Assembly (NCBI RefSeq): GCF_963921235.1
Contig: NC_086097.1
Coordinates: 158,660,001 to 158,724,000, forward strand
DNA: 64,000 bases
Origin: Mobula hypostoma
Lineage: Eukaryota
Direction: 5' to 3'
Shown here: positions 12,678-24,956 of the stretch, one piece after another
How the letters are laid out: each line of letters opens with the position of its first letter
How positions within the stretch are numbered: position 1 is the stretch's first letter
Notes under the pieces: model-generated
The model's input: only the letters and a program-made list of their open reading frames with translations
Databases searched by the model: none
Told to the model about the DNA's origin: nothing
Made by a program: the position numbers and the translations under genes

Positions 12678-12998
12678 CCTTTTAAATCTGCTGCGCTGCA
12701 CTGCCCGACGTCACACGCCTGCGCAGTCCTGCCTCTCAGAATGCCGTTGGAGAAAAAAAAACGAAAATTTCAAAAATGTCTTTCTCAGCACTCCCACTCA
12801 GACTCTCAGACTCCTTCTTCAAATCAAACCCGAAGCAGGATTTCTGCCCTTTTAAATCTGCCACACTGCACTGCCCGACGTCACACGCCTGCGCAGTCCC
12901 GCCTCTCAGAACACCGTTGGAGAAAAAAAAATAACGAAAATTTCAAAAATGTCTTTCTCGGCACTCTCACTCAGACTCTCAGACTCCTTCTTCGAATC
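12678..12998. repeat. Tandem duplication (period ~170 bp) in the CR1 5' UTR
   Basis: 12678-12825 and 12848-12998 are near-identical (tttaaatctg...cgacgtcacacgcctgcgcagtcc...cagactccttcttc). Confidence 0.9.
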
Positions 12999-13003
12999 CA
13001 TAA

Positions 13004-13305
13004 TAGGCATCCATTAAGTCTTGTAAGACCATGGATTTGCGCCTTGGAAGGTTTCCAGGGCGCAGGCCTGTGCAAGGTTGTATGGAAGACCAGCAGTTGC
13101 CCATGCTGCAAGTCTCCCCTCTCCACGCCGCCGATGTTGTCCAAGGGAAGGGCACTCGGGCCGATACAGCTTGGCACCGGTGTCGTCGCAGAGCTTTGTG
13201 TGGTTAAGTGCCTTGCTCAAGGACACAACACGCTGCCTCAGCTGAGGCTCAAACTAGCGACCTTCAGATCACTAGACCGATGCCTTAACCACTTGGCCAC
13301 GTGCC
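13004..13305 (-). mobile_element. tRNA-derived SINE
   Basis: The minus strand starts GGCACGTGGCCAAGTGGTTAAGGC (A box), then GTTTGAGCC (B-box-like), then GTGTTGTGTCCTTGAGCAAGGCACTT. CCATAA is on both sides. Confidence 0.85.
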
Positions 13306-13688
13306 ATAAAGCTATATGACCATAAGATATAGGAGCAGATTTAGGCCATTTGGCCCATCGAGTCTGTTCTGTCATTTCATCATAGCTAATCCATTTTCCT
13401 CTCAGCCTCAATCTCCTGCCTTGCCCCCATATCCCTTCATGCCCTGACCAATCAAGAGTCTATTGGCCTCTACCTTAAACATATATAAAGACTTGACCTC
13501 CACAGCTGCCTGTAGCAAAGAATTCCACAGATTCACTATTCTCTGATTCTAAAGAAATTCCTCCTCATCTCTGTTCTAAACTGACATCCCTCTATTCTGA
13601 GACTGTGTCCTCTGGTCGTAGACTCTCTCACCATAGGAAACATCCTCCCCACATCCACACTATCAAGGCCTTTCCCACCATCCTATAG
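13304..13688 (-). mobile_element. CR1 3'-end fragment
   Basis: ccataag-type tail plus gatataggagcagatttaggccatttggcccatcg and gaattccacagattcact, as in the other CR1 3' ends. Confidence 0.8.
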
Positions 13689-13689
13689 G

Positions 13690-15480
13690 TCTTTCCATAC
13701 CAGACCATGGTGCAATCAAGACATTATACTCTCCACTGTGCATCTGTAGAAGTTCATCAAATATTTAGATGGCATGCCAAATCTTCTCAAACTTCTAAGA
13801 AAGTAGAGGTGTTGTCGTGCCTTCCTTGTAATGGCAATTACGTGCTGTGTCCAGGACTAAACCTCTGAAACGATAACGCCAAGGAATTATCAGCTGACCC
13901 TCTCCACTGCGCTCCTAATGAGACTCCCAGATTCCTCCTTCGGTAGCCAGTAATCAGCTCTTTGGTTTTGCTGATATAGAGTGGGAACTTACTACTTTTG
14001 TACTATTCTGCCAATATCACTCACATATGCTGATCCATCACAACCTTTGATACGGCCAACAATAGTGCTTTCATTGGGAAACTTAAATATGGCATTGCAG
14101 CTGTACTTAGCCTCCCAGTCATATGTACAGCAGGAGTCGAACAGGAGGCGAAGCACGCAGCCTTGTGCTGCACCCGTGCTAATGGTGGCTGTGGAGGAGA
14201 TGTTGCCAATCTGAACTGACTGGGGTCGGCAAGCCAGGAAATCGAGGATGCAATTGTGCAAAGGGTTATTGAGGCCCAGTTGTTGTAGCTTATTGATTAG
14301 TTTTGAGGGGATAATAATGTTGAATGCAGAGCTGTCGTCAATGAAGGGCATCCTGATGTTTGCACCTTCCCTGTCCAAATGTCTTGAGTGAAAAGCGAAT
14401 GAGATGGCATCTGCTGTTGACTTGTGACAATAGGCAAATTGGGAGTTGATCCAATTTGTACCTCATGCAGCAATTGATATGTTTCATCACCAACAACAGA
14501 ACAGTGGATGTACAGCTACTGGATGATAGTCATTGAGGCAGGTTACAATCTTCTTGGCACTGGTATAATTGGAGTCCTGCTTAAAGCAGATACGTAACAC
14601 AGACTGCTGATTTGAGAAGTTAAAGATATCAGTGAACACTCCAGCCAGTTGGCTAGCACAGGTCTTCAATACTTGGCCAGGTACCCCTTGTGGGCCAGAT
14701 GCTTTCTATGGGTTCAGCCTCCTGAAGGATGCTCTCACTGTAGTCTCACAGGGTCGTCAAGGGATGTGGGAGTTCATGTAGGTGCCTCCATGTTTTGTTG
14801 GAAAAAGCGAGCAGAAATAGCACTGAGCTCATCTGGGAGTGAAAACTTGTTGTTACATATGTCTTTTGGTTTTATTTGTAGGAGGTGATAGCACTTAAGC
14901 CCTGTCACAGCTGTCGGGCAAAGTTCAGTGGTTTAAGTTTGGTTCAGAGTTGCCCCTCCACATGTGAACTGGATTTTTGGAGGTTGTACCTGGACCTTTT
15001 ATATTTTTCTTGGTCACCAGATCTGGCCCTCAGTAGATTGCAAATCTCTTGTTTCATCCAGGGCTTCTGGTTGGAGAGGACTCCGAATAATTTTGTGGGG
15101 ACACCATCATCCATGACTGATTTTATGAATTCTGTGACAACCGTGGTATATTCGTTCAGATCCTCTGATGAGTCCTTGAACATGGCCCAGTCCACCGACT
15201 TGAAGCATCCCTGCAGCTGCTTCTCTGCCTCCCACACCCACCTCAATGTTGTACTTACCTCAGCAGTCTTGCTCTTTAGCCTCTTGCTCTTTAGGTAAGA
15301 AGAGGAAAGCCAGATAATCAGGTTTTCTAAAATGCTGTTCAGGGATGCAATGGTAGGTATTCCTTATGGTATTATAATAGTGGTTGAGTGTGTTGGGACC
15401 CCTGGTGCTGCAGGTGTTATGTTACTGATAAGTCAGCAGAGATTTCTTCAAGCAAGCCTGGCTAAAGTCCCCAGCCATGA
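13690..15480 (-). mobile_element. Rex1/Babar-type LINE body (RT and endonuclease remnants)
   Basis: ORF fragments [62 protein letters not shown] and NQKPWM. Continuous with 7904-8478 once the inserts are removed. Confidence 0.8.
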
Positions 15481-16296
15481 TTTCAAGATTCAAGATTCAT
15501 TTTTTATCAAAGAATGTATAAATTATACAACCTTGAGATTTGCTTGCTCATAGGTAGCCACAAAGCAAGACACCCATAAGAACCCATTTTAAGAATTAGT
15601 TCATTTAAATAGTACTTAAAGGGAAATTATAGGCTGCAGATTGCAATGATAATAGCTCAGAAGGAGCATATCTGAAAGTTTTATGAGCTGCTTGCAAAAC
15701 ATCACTATGTATCACTGGCACTATCTTAAAGATGCAAAGATAGCAAACAACGCTATGTTGGTGTACAATCATCATTCTTCATGTTCCCTATACTATTGGT
15801 CAAAAAGATCTGTTTCACTTCAGTAAATTAGTTTTGTAAGTTAACATTCATACTGGATTTCCTTCCTGTTGTTTTAGATTCTCAATAAGGATTGAGCATA
15901 AGAATTTACATTTGACTGTTTATGGAGGGGCATACTATACATTCATCTGAGGTACTTAATAATACACACAAACAAATAAGACCATAAGATATAGGAACAG
16001 AATTAGGCCATTTGGCCCATCAAGTCTGCTCCAACATTTCATCGTGGCTGATACATTATTTCTCTTCAAATGTGCTTTCAACTGGATTTGGTCCTTGCTG
16101 ACTGACACCTCCTCTCATCACTTTTGTGGTCTTTCCTCTAGACCCTCCCTGTCATTTATACCCAATGTGCCCCTGTCCAGTGTTCCTGCTACATGGAAAG
16201 AAGACTAGGCCTTGCAGCCTCTCAAGTCTGCTGTTATTTTCTGGTTTCAATGCTAATTTGTACCTCATCTGTTACCATTGTTCCATTTTATACACG

Positions 16297-16395
16297 AGTC
16301 CTGATGAAGTGTCTCGGCCCGAAAGACTGTTTACTCTTTTCTATTGATGCTGCCTGGCCCATGGAGTTCCTCCAGCATTTTGTGTGTGTTGCTCA
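16297..16395 (+). mobile_element. Penelope-derived terminal fragment
   Basis: agtcctgatgaagtgtctcggcccgaaagactg...gatgctgcctggcc...gagttcctccagcattttgtgtgtgttg. Confidence 0.7.
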
Positions 16396-16823
16396 GAGAG
16401 TTGTAAAATTAGTCAGCTCCATCATGGATATTAGCCTTCTAGTGTCCAGGACATCTTCAAGTTGCGGTCTCAGAAAGGTAGCGTAGAACATTAAGAACCT
16501 CCACCACCCAGGCAATGCCCTCTTCTCATTGTTACCATCAGGAAAGAGGTAAGAATGCTGAAGGCACACACTCAGAGATTCAGAAACAGCTTCTTACCCC
16601 CTGTTATCCAATTTCTAAAAGGAAATTGAACCCACGAACACTAACTAACTATTTTTTCATTTATGTTGTTGCACTGCTTATTCTAATTTAACTATTTACT
16701 ATACATACATATATTTACTGGAATTTGGCTTTTTTTCTACATTTATCATTTATTGCATTGTACTGCTGCTGCAAAGTTAACAAACTTCACGACATATGCC
16801 AGTGTTATTAAACCTGATTCTGA
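16396..16823 (+). mobile_element. Rex1/Babar-type 3' fragment
   Basis: ccatcaggaaagaggtaagaatgctgaaggcacacactcagagattcagaaacagcttct, ending in an aaacctgattctgat tail. Confidence 0.65.
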
Positions 16824-17355
16824 TAAAAAGCACAATAAGCGTAAAGTCTGTGTATAGACTGTGTATACACAGACTGACTGTATGTACATAAGTGACTCTA
16901 GGTGATGTGCATGTAGCCGGGGTGGTGAGATGGGTTAATGAGTGGAGGTGTTCATCAATGGTCGGATTAATGGGTGAATATCCACTGTGGGATAGAATCC
17001 AAAAAGGCAGATAATTAAGATTTTATTACTTCCATCTTTCAAAAATGTTTTACAGATATAGCACAAAATTTTCTGCACTGTTTTCTGGCATAGAAAAATA
17101 CAAAGCCAGAGTCATTTAAAAAGTCTGACTTGAATTATCACAGCTAAAACATTCAAATAGCTTAAATATCATCTTTACATCATAAATTGGTGAGAACACA
17201 TTGAAATTTTCCAATAACTTAGAAATATTTCTATTTAAATCTCTTTGATGATTACATCCTAATCGTTGTTCTTTCCACAGTTATTTCAGCTGATTTATTT
17301 CAAACATACTGTTTATTTTATTTATTGTTTCCTCCTCCTTTCTGTCTTGCCAAAG

Positions 17356-17446
17356 GCATACAACTCAGCAGGAGACGAATAAAACCATCAGTTCATCGAC
17401 AAAGTATATTAAGCAGCTCTCGGAAATAGTACGCGGATCGTCCAGG
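17356..17446 (+). CDS. TSNARE1: TSNARE1-like internal coding exon A (91 nt; entry phase 2, exit phase 0)
   Basis: A pyrimidine tract and CAAAG acceptor end at 17355; the donor is AGG|GTAAGT at 17447. The exon reads g-[30 protein letters not shown], resembling human TSNARE1 [28 protein letters not shown] (recalled, not searched). Confidence 0.9.
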
Positions 17447-19215
17447 GTAAGTGCAGCTGAAATGTTACAATAATTTCAGATATTATGCAAATGAATCCTG
17501 AAACCAAAATGTAATTGCCAGAAAATTAAAACTGGCAAGATTTGCATATAAAATATAATTACTTCTTGCCTTGGCTGTTATCCATTTTAACTAATGTAGT
17601 CATTGCACTTTTGCATCCTGAATTATTAATCGATTTTAAATTCAAGTTTTATTAATCCATCAATAATGAAATTCCATTTAATATGTAAATCTCCCTTTTT
17701 TGAGACTGATGCACCAGAGGTTTTGAGCAGTTTTTTCCCCTCTATTTTAATAGACAGTTCTGCCTAAGCTACCACATCTGTTCTGCTTCTGAATGAACTG
17801 ATTTGTCACATTCACGGAAAAGTACAGAGAATTATGGCCTAAGATTGACAAGATTATCACCATAAGAGGGAAACTTGGCATGTGGTCAATGTAAGGTGGG
17901 CCCTCCCTTTCAGTATAAACAGTTGCTGAACATAGTCTGTGAAATGGATTGGAGAATATTGGAATCCAATTTAAGAAAAATGAAATCAGAGCATTGCTTG
18001 GATCTGAGCGTGCTGACACCTCTTGCCAAAGTGAGGATGCACTAATAGGTAACATCATTATCAAAGTTATAAAGGGTCAGGAGATGTAGAGCAAGTGAAA
18101 AATGCTATAAATTGTAGATTCTGCAGTTTGCCGGGGCACTTATCACCTAAGAGCCCTATATCATAAAAATATCCAAGTTGATAAAATCCAGCTGTCAACG
18201 TGTGATCAATGGTGATTGCCTGAGTGCCAAACTTAAAAACATTATTTTCCATTCATCATGCCTCAGCACATTTAAACTAGAACATTGTTGTGATTTCTAT
18301 TCTGATCCAAATAATGGCTGCTATCACTGCTATTAAACTACCATGGCTGCTGCCACCACATCTATCTAGTTTCAGGCCAAGATCCCCAATTCCATAGCAT
18401 CTCAGCTCCCAAATCAATGATGAACTGTGTGTCTCTTTGTAGTAGTATATATTTCACTTGGGGCCTAGTCCAGGACACTGACAATTTAACATACAGCCCG
18501 TATCCTCATCTCCTCCCTTCCCCACCCAATAAACCTGTCCACTTTCACTGGATATCCTGTATTTGGTTGAATCTTTCTTAAGTGAGCCTTCACAATTACC
18601 TTGTTATTTTTTTTTGTGTGTGGGTGTGTTTTGGTTGGTTATTGCACTGAATACATTCAGTTCTCTGTTGTTTCAATCCTTGATTTGTGTTTGCGACACC
18701 ATGCAAAATCAGGGCGCAGGAAATTTTCTGTATGTCTTCATCTGAATCTAATCCAGTAGTTGCTATGAATAAGTATTACTATCAACTAAGTCTCCCCCCG
18801 CCCCGATGCTACGTATAAAAGGCATATCCTGCACAGAAGTGACAGTGATGTAAAGGTCGATGCCATTAGCAATCTTGTTTTCTGATGATATTGCCAAGTG
18901 GGAGCACGGAGATGAGAATGAGAATGAGCAGTATTCTTAGGGAATACTTCAGGTAGTAATTTGACTAAGGGAAGACCACGACAAGTGATTTTCTGGCTAT
19001 GGGTTGATTGATAAAAATGGAACCTGGCAAATGTGGTGACATATACCAATGTGATTACAAAGAGACAAAGTCCCCACCTACATCCCAGGATTATGCTCCA
19101 CTTTAGATGAGCTGTTTCAATACAGCTGCAATACTGGCATGCTCCAAGCAATTTGAGAAATTACACAATTTTATCAAATGCACAAAAGTAGAACAAATGC
19201 ATTCCAGCAAATTAC

Positions 19216-19985
19216 TTGGACGATAAGACCATGGGACACTGGAGCAAAATTAGGCAACTTGACCCATTGAGTTCATTCCATCATTCCATCATGGCTGATT
19301 TATTATCTCTCTCGATATCATTCTCCCGCCTGCTCCCCATAACCTTTGACGTGCTGACTTATCAAGAAACTATCAACCTTTGCTTGAAATATACTCAATA
19401 ACTTGACCTTCATAGCCATACGTGGCAATGAATTTCAGAGATTCACCACCCTCTGGATAAAGAAATTCCTTCTTAGCTCTGTTCTAAATGGACATTTCTC
19501 TATGCTGAGACTGTGTTCTCTGGTCCTAGGAAACATCCTCTCCACATCCACTCTATCTAGGCTACTCAATATTCGAAGGGTTTCAGTGAGATCCACCATG
19601 CTTCATAAAGCCTCAGCATCACATCCTTGCTCTTATATTCCAGTCCTCTCAAATGAATGCCTTCCTTAACACCAACTCAACCAGCAAGTTAACAAAGACT
19701 TCCAAGTCCCTTTGCACTTTTGATTTTTGAATTTACTCCCTATTTGGAAAATAGTTTCTGCCTTTATCCCTTCTGCCAAAATGCATGACCACACACTTTC
19801 CTATACTATATTCCATCTGCCACTTCTTTGTCTATTCTCCCAACTGGTCCAAGTCCTTCTGCAGACTCTTTGCTTCCTCAACACTACCTACCCCTGCATC
19901 TATCTTTGTAACTTCTTCAAACTTGGCTACAAAGCCATCAATTCTGTCATCCAAAGTGTTGACATATAAGGTGAAAAGAAACAAA
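19216..19985 (-). mobile_element. Decayed CR1 3' fragment
   Basis: The minus frame reads LFTLYVNTLDDRIDGFVAKFEEVTKI; a CR1 3' UTR with a gataagaccat tail is at the left end. Confidence 0.75.
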
Positions 19986-20110
19986 TGATGCTTCATCACT
20001 CTGCTCCCAGTCATCCGCTAAGGGCTGAGAGTTTTCTAAACTCTATCATCATCAATAACCTATGCACTTAGGGTTTGTTTGGGATCCATCAGCACCATTC
20101 AACTCCAGAC

Positions 20111-23100
20111 ACGTGAAAGACTGAAGATGGGGAAAATCTAGAGCAACACACAAAAAATGCCAGGCAAACCCAGCAGGATTGGCAGTATCTATGGAGGGAA
20201 ATGAACAGTCAAGATTTCAGGTTGAGACCAGAAGGCAGTAACCAGAAAAAAGGGGGAAAGCGAAGAACATGAGATGGCAAGTGATTGGTGCATCCAGGTG
20301 AGAACGAAGATAATCATGTGAGTAAGGGAGGAAGCTTGCCCATCTCCAAACCTGTCTATCTCTTACACCTTCTTCCCTCTAGTTCCCACCTCTTCCCTTT
20401 ATTCAATGGCCCATTGTCTTTACCTATCAAGTTCCGTATTTTTCATCCTTTGACCTCTTCCACCAATTATCTCACAGCTTTTCATACCAATCTCACTTCT
20501 TCCTACCACTCTCCCCTTCCCTTCTGCCAGCTTGTGCTCCTCCTACTCCCTCAATATTTTTATTCTGCCTTCTCCCCTCTTCCTTTCCATAGAACCATAG
20601 AAACTACAGCACAGAAATAGGCCTTTTGGCCCTTCTTGGCTGTGCCGAACCATTTTCTGCCTAGTCCCACTGACCTGCACACGGACCATATCCCTCCATA
20701 CACCTCCCATCCATGTATCTGTCCAATTTATTCTTAAATGTTAAAAAAGAACCCACATTTACTACCTCGTCTGGCAGCTCATTCCATACTCCCACCACTC
20801 TCTCTGTGAAGAAGCCCCCCACAATGTTCCCTTTAAACTTTTCCCCCCTCACCCTCAACCCATGTCCTCTGGTTTTTTTCTCCCCTTGCCTCAGTGGAAA
20901 AAGCCTGCTTGCATTCACTCTATCTATACCCATCATAATTTTATATACCTCTATCAAATCTCCCCTCATTCTTCTACGCTCCAGGGAATAAAGTCCTAAC
21001 CTTTTCAACCTTTCTCGGCAACAACCTTGTAAACCTTCTCTGCACTCTTTCAACCTTATTTATATCCTTCCTGTAATTTGGTGACCAAAACTGAACACAA
21101 TACTCCAGATTCGGCCTCACCAATGCCTTATACAACCTCATCATATCATTCCAGCTCTTATACTCAATACTTTGATTAATAAAGGCCAATGTACCAAAAG
21201 CTCTCTTTACAACCCTATCTACCTGTGACGCCACTTTTAGGGAATTTTGTATCTGTATTCCCAGATCCCCCTGTTCCACTGCACTCCTCAGTGCCTTACC
21301 ATTAACCCTGTATGTTCTACCTTGGTTTGTCCTTGCAACGTGCAATACCTCACACTTGTCTGCATTAAACTCCATCTGCCATTTTTCAGCCCATTTTTCC
21401 AGCTGGTCCAAGTCCCTCTGCAGGCTCTGAAAACCTTCCTCACTGTCTACTACACCTCCAATCTTTGTATCATCAGCAAATTTGCTGATCCAATTTATCA
21501 CATTATCATCCAGATCATTGATATAGATGACAAATAACAATGGACCCAGCACTGATCCCTGTGGCACACCACTAGTCACAGGCTTCCACTCGGAGAAGCA
21601 ATTCTCTACTACCACTCTTTGGCTTCTTCCATTGAGCCAATGTCTGATCCAATTTACCACCTCCCATGTATACCTAGTGACTGAATTTTCCTAACTAACC
21701 TCCCATGCGGGACCTTGTCAAAGGCCTTACTGAAGTCCATGTAGACAATATCCACTGCCTTCCCTTCATCCACTTTCCTGGTAACCTCCTCGAAAAACTC
21801 CAATAGATTTGTCAAAAATGACCTACCACGCACAAAGCCATGTTGACTCTCCCTAATAAGTCGCTGTCTATCCAAATGCTTGTAGATTCTGTCTCTTAGT
21901 ACTCCCTCCAATAACTTACCTACCACCGACGTTAAACTTACCGGCCTATGATTTCCCGGATTACTTTTCGATCCTCTTTTAAACAACGGAACAACATGAG
22001 CCATTCTCCAATCCTCCGGCACCTCACCTGTAGACAGCGACATTTTAAATATTTCTGCCAGGGCCCCTGCAATTTCAATACTAGTCTCCTTCAAGGTCCG
22101 AGGGAACGCCCTGTCAGGTCCTGGGGATTTATCCACTTAAATTTTCCTCAAGACAGCAAGTTCCTCCTCCTTTTCGATCTGTACAGTTTCCATGATCTCA
22201 CTACTTGTTTCCCTTAATTCCATAGACTTCATGCCAGTTTCCTTAGTAAATACAGACGCAAAAAACCTATTTAAGTTCTCCCCCATTTCCTTTGGTTCCG
22301 CACATAGCCGACTACTCTGATCTTAAAGAGGACCAATTTTATCCCTTACGATCCTTTTGCTCTTAATATACCTGTAAAAGCTCTTTGGATTATCCTTCAC
22401 TTTGACTGCCAAGGCAACCGCATGTCTTCTTTTAGCCCTCCTGATTTCTTTCTTAAGTATTTTCTTGCACTTCTTATACTCCTCAAGCACCTTATTTACT
22501 CCCTGCTTCCTATACATGTCATACAACTCCCTCTTCTTCTTTATCAGAGTTGCAATATCCCTTGAGAACCGAGGTTCCTTATTCCTATTCACTTTGCCTT
22601 TAATCCTGACAGGAACATACAAATTCTGCATTCTCAAAACTTCTCCTTTGAAGGCTTCCCACCTACCGATCACATCCTTGCCAGAGAACAACCTGTTCCA
22701 ATCCAGGCTTTTTAGATCCTTTCTCATTTCTTCAAATTTGGCCTTCTTCCAGTTAAGAACCTCAACCCTAGGACCAGATTTATCCTTGTCCATGATCAAG
22801 TTGAAACTAATGGTGTTATGATCACTGGAACCAAAGTGCTCCTCTACACAGACTTCCGTCACTTATCCTAACTCGTTTCCTAACAGGAGATCCAATATTG
22901 CATCCCCTCTAGTTGGTCCCTCTATATATTGATTTAGAAAACTTTCCTGAACACATTTTACAAACTCTAACCCATCTAGACCCCTAACAGTATGGAAGTC
23001 CCAATCAATATATGGAAAATTAAAATCCCCTACCACCACAACTTTATGTTTCCTGCAGTTGCCTGCTATCTCCCTGCAGATTTGCTCTTCCAATTCTCGT

Positions 23101-24956
23101 TGACTATTGGGTGGTCTGTAACACAATCCCACTAATGTGGCCATACCTTTCTTGTTTCTCAGCTCCACCCATAAGGACTCAGTAGACAAGCCCTCTAATC
23201 TGTCCTGCCTGAGCACTGCTGTAATATTTTCCCTAACAAGCAATGCTACTCCCCCACCTTTCATTCCTCTGCCTCGATCACATCTGAAACATCGGAACTC
23301 TGGAATATTAAGCTGCCAGTCCTGCCCCTCCTGTAGCCAAGTTTCACTAATTTCTATAACGTCATAATTCCACGTGTCAATCCACGCCCTCAACTCATCC
23401 GCCTTCCCCGCAATACTCCTAGCATTGAAATATATACACCCCAGAAGATTTTTACCACCACTCACAACCTTTCTATTAGCGAATTTGCTTGAACTTTTAA
23501 CAACATTTATTTTCACCCCAGCCACACTGTCAGCTCTGGCACTCTGGTTCCCATCCCCCTGCAAATCTAGTTTAAAGCCTCCCCAGTAGCACTAACAAAC
23601 CTCCCTGAAAGGATATTGGTCCCCCTGTAGTTCAAGTGTAACCTGTCTCTCTTGTACAGGTCCCACCTGCCCCAGAAGAGGTCCCAATGATCCTGAAATC
23701 TGAAACCCTGCCCCCTACACCAGTTCCTCAGCCACTTGTTCATCCTTCAGAGCATCCTATTCCTACCCTCACTGGCACCTAGCACAGGTAGCAATCCTGA
23801 GATTACCACCCTCAAGGTCCTGCTTTTCAACTTCCTACCAAGCTCTCTATACTCACTCTCCAGGACCTCCTCACTATTCCTTGCTATGTCATTGGTACCA
23901 ATGTGCACTACGACATCTGGCTGATCACCCTCCCACTTCAGAATGTCATGCAATCGATCAGAGACATCCTTGACCCTGGCACCCGGGAGGCAACAAACCA
24001 TCCTGGATTCTCTGTCATGACCACAGAACCTCCTATCTGCACCTCTAACTATCGAGTCCCCTATCACTACCCCTCTCCTCTTTTCCCCCTCCCTTCTGCA
24101 CTGCAGAGCCAGACTCAGTGCCAGAGATCCAGCTACTGCAGCTTGTCCCAGGTAAGTCATCCCCCACAACAGTATCCAATGCAGTATACTTGTTGTTGAG
24201 GGGAATGGCCACAGGGGAACCCTGCTCTGCCTGCCCTTTCCTCTTCCCTCGCCTGACAGTGACCCAATTTCCTGTCCTCTGCTCCTTTGGCGTAACTACC
24301 TCCCTGTAGCTACGATCTATAATCTCCTCATTCTCCCGAATGATCCGCAGGTCATCCAGCTCCTGCTCCAGTTCCCTAACGCGGTTTGTTAGGAGCTGCA
24401 GCTGGATGCGCTTCTTGCAGGTGTGGTTGTCTGGGACACCGGAGGGCTTCCTGACTTCCCACATCCTGCAAGAGGAGCATTCCAACATCCTGCCTGGCAT
24501 TCTCTCTACGCTAGACAATCTGAACAAAAAACTTACCGGAACCTACCCTGGCCTCTGCGTGTTCTCGCCGAAGCCTGTTGAGCCAAAGCCGTCCCACTCT
24601 GACTCAGTCCACTCCGACGATGGCCGCTGTAAATGGTGGTCTGCTTTTAAACCTTGTCGTGCTACGTGACGCGCCTGCGCAGTGCAGACCCTTCTCCCCA
24701 AGCAGTTTTTAAAAAAAACGACTTTTTCTACCCGATTTCTTCCACTTCCTTCTTCAGCTGCTTGCTTCGACTGAAAATCGATTGCTTCCAATCCCAATTT
24801 TTTGTGTGTTGCTCCAAATTTCTTCTGTCTTCAATCTTACTTGTGTCTGGAGTTAAATGGTGTGATAGGGTCTTGGCCTAAAACACTGACTGTTCATTTC
24901 CCTCCATAGATGCTGCCTGACCTGCTGAATTCCTCCAGCATTTTGTGTGTGTTGTT
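20111..24956. mobile_element. Penelope-derived non-coding element (20111-20586 + ~24791-24956), split by a CR1
   Basis: Inverted terminal segment at 20140-20230 and a + strand terminal segment at 24866-24956; flanked by CCATTCAACTCC(A/G)GAC at 20095-20110 and 24957-24972. Confidence 0.7.
20587..24790 (-). mobile_element. Near full-length CR1 LINE (second family) with frameshifts and stops
   Basis: (AACCATAG)n tail. ORF2 pieces 23564-20661 carry NARSI, SETWL, GDFN, SDHN, YMDFSKAFDKV, GVPQGSVLGP and KFADDTK. ORF1 pieces 24527-23570 carry CSSC and GDSIVRG/HIGTNDI. Confidence 0.95.

Larger units (their letters stand above)
8481..12998 (-). mobile_element. Near full-length CR1 LINE (ORF1 esterase; ORF2 APE endonuclease + RT) with a few disabling lesions
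   Basis: (AAACATAG)n tail at 8481-8500, ORF1 and ORF2 in order, a 5' UTR with a tandem duplication, and TCCATAA at both junctions. Confidence 0.95.

Noticed and set aside
13230..13305. tRNA gene
   Set aside because: The tRNA-like head continues into a ~230-bp SINE body with a flanking duplication; the B box is mutated and there is no clean acceptor stem.
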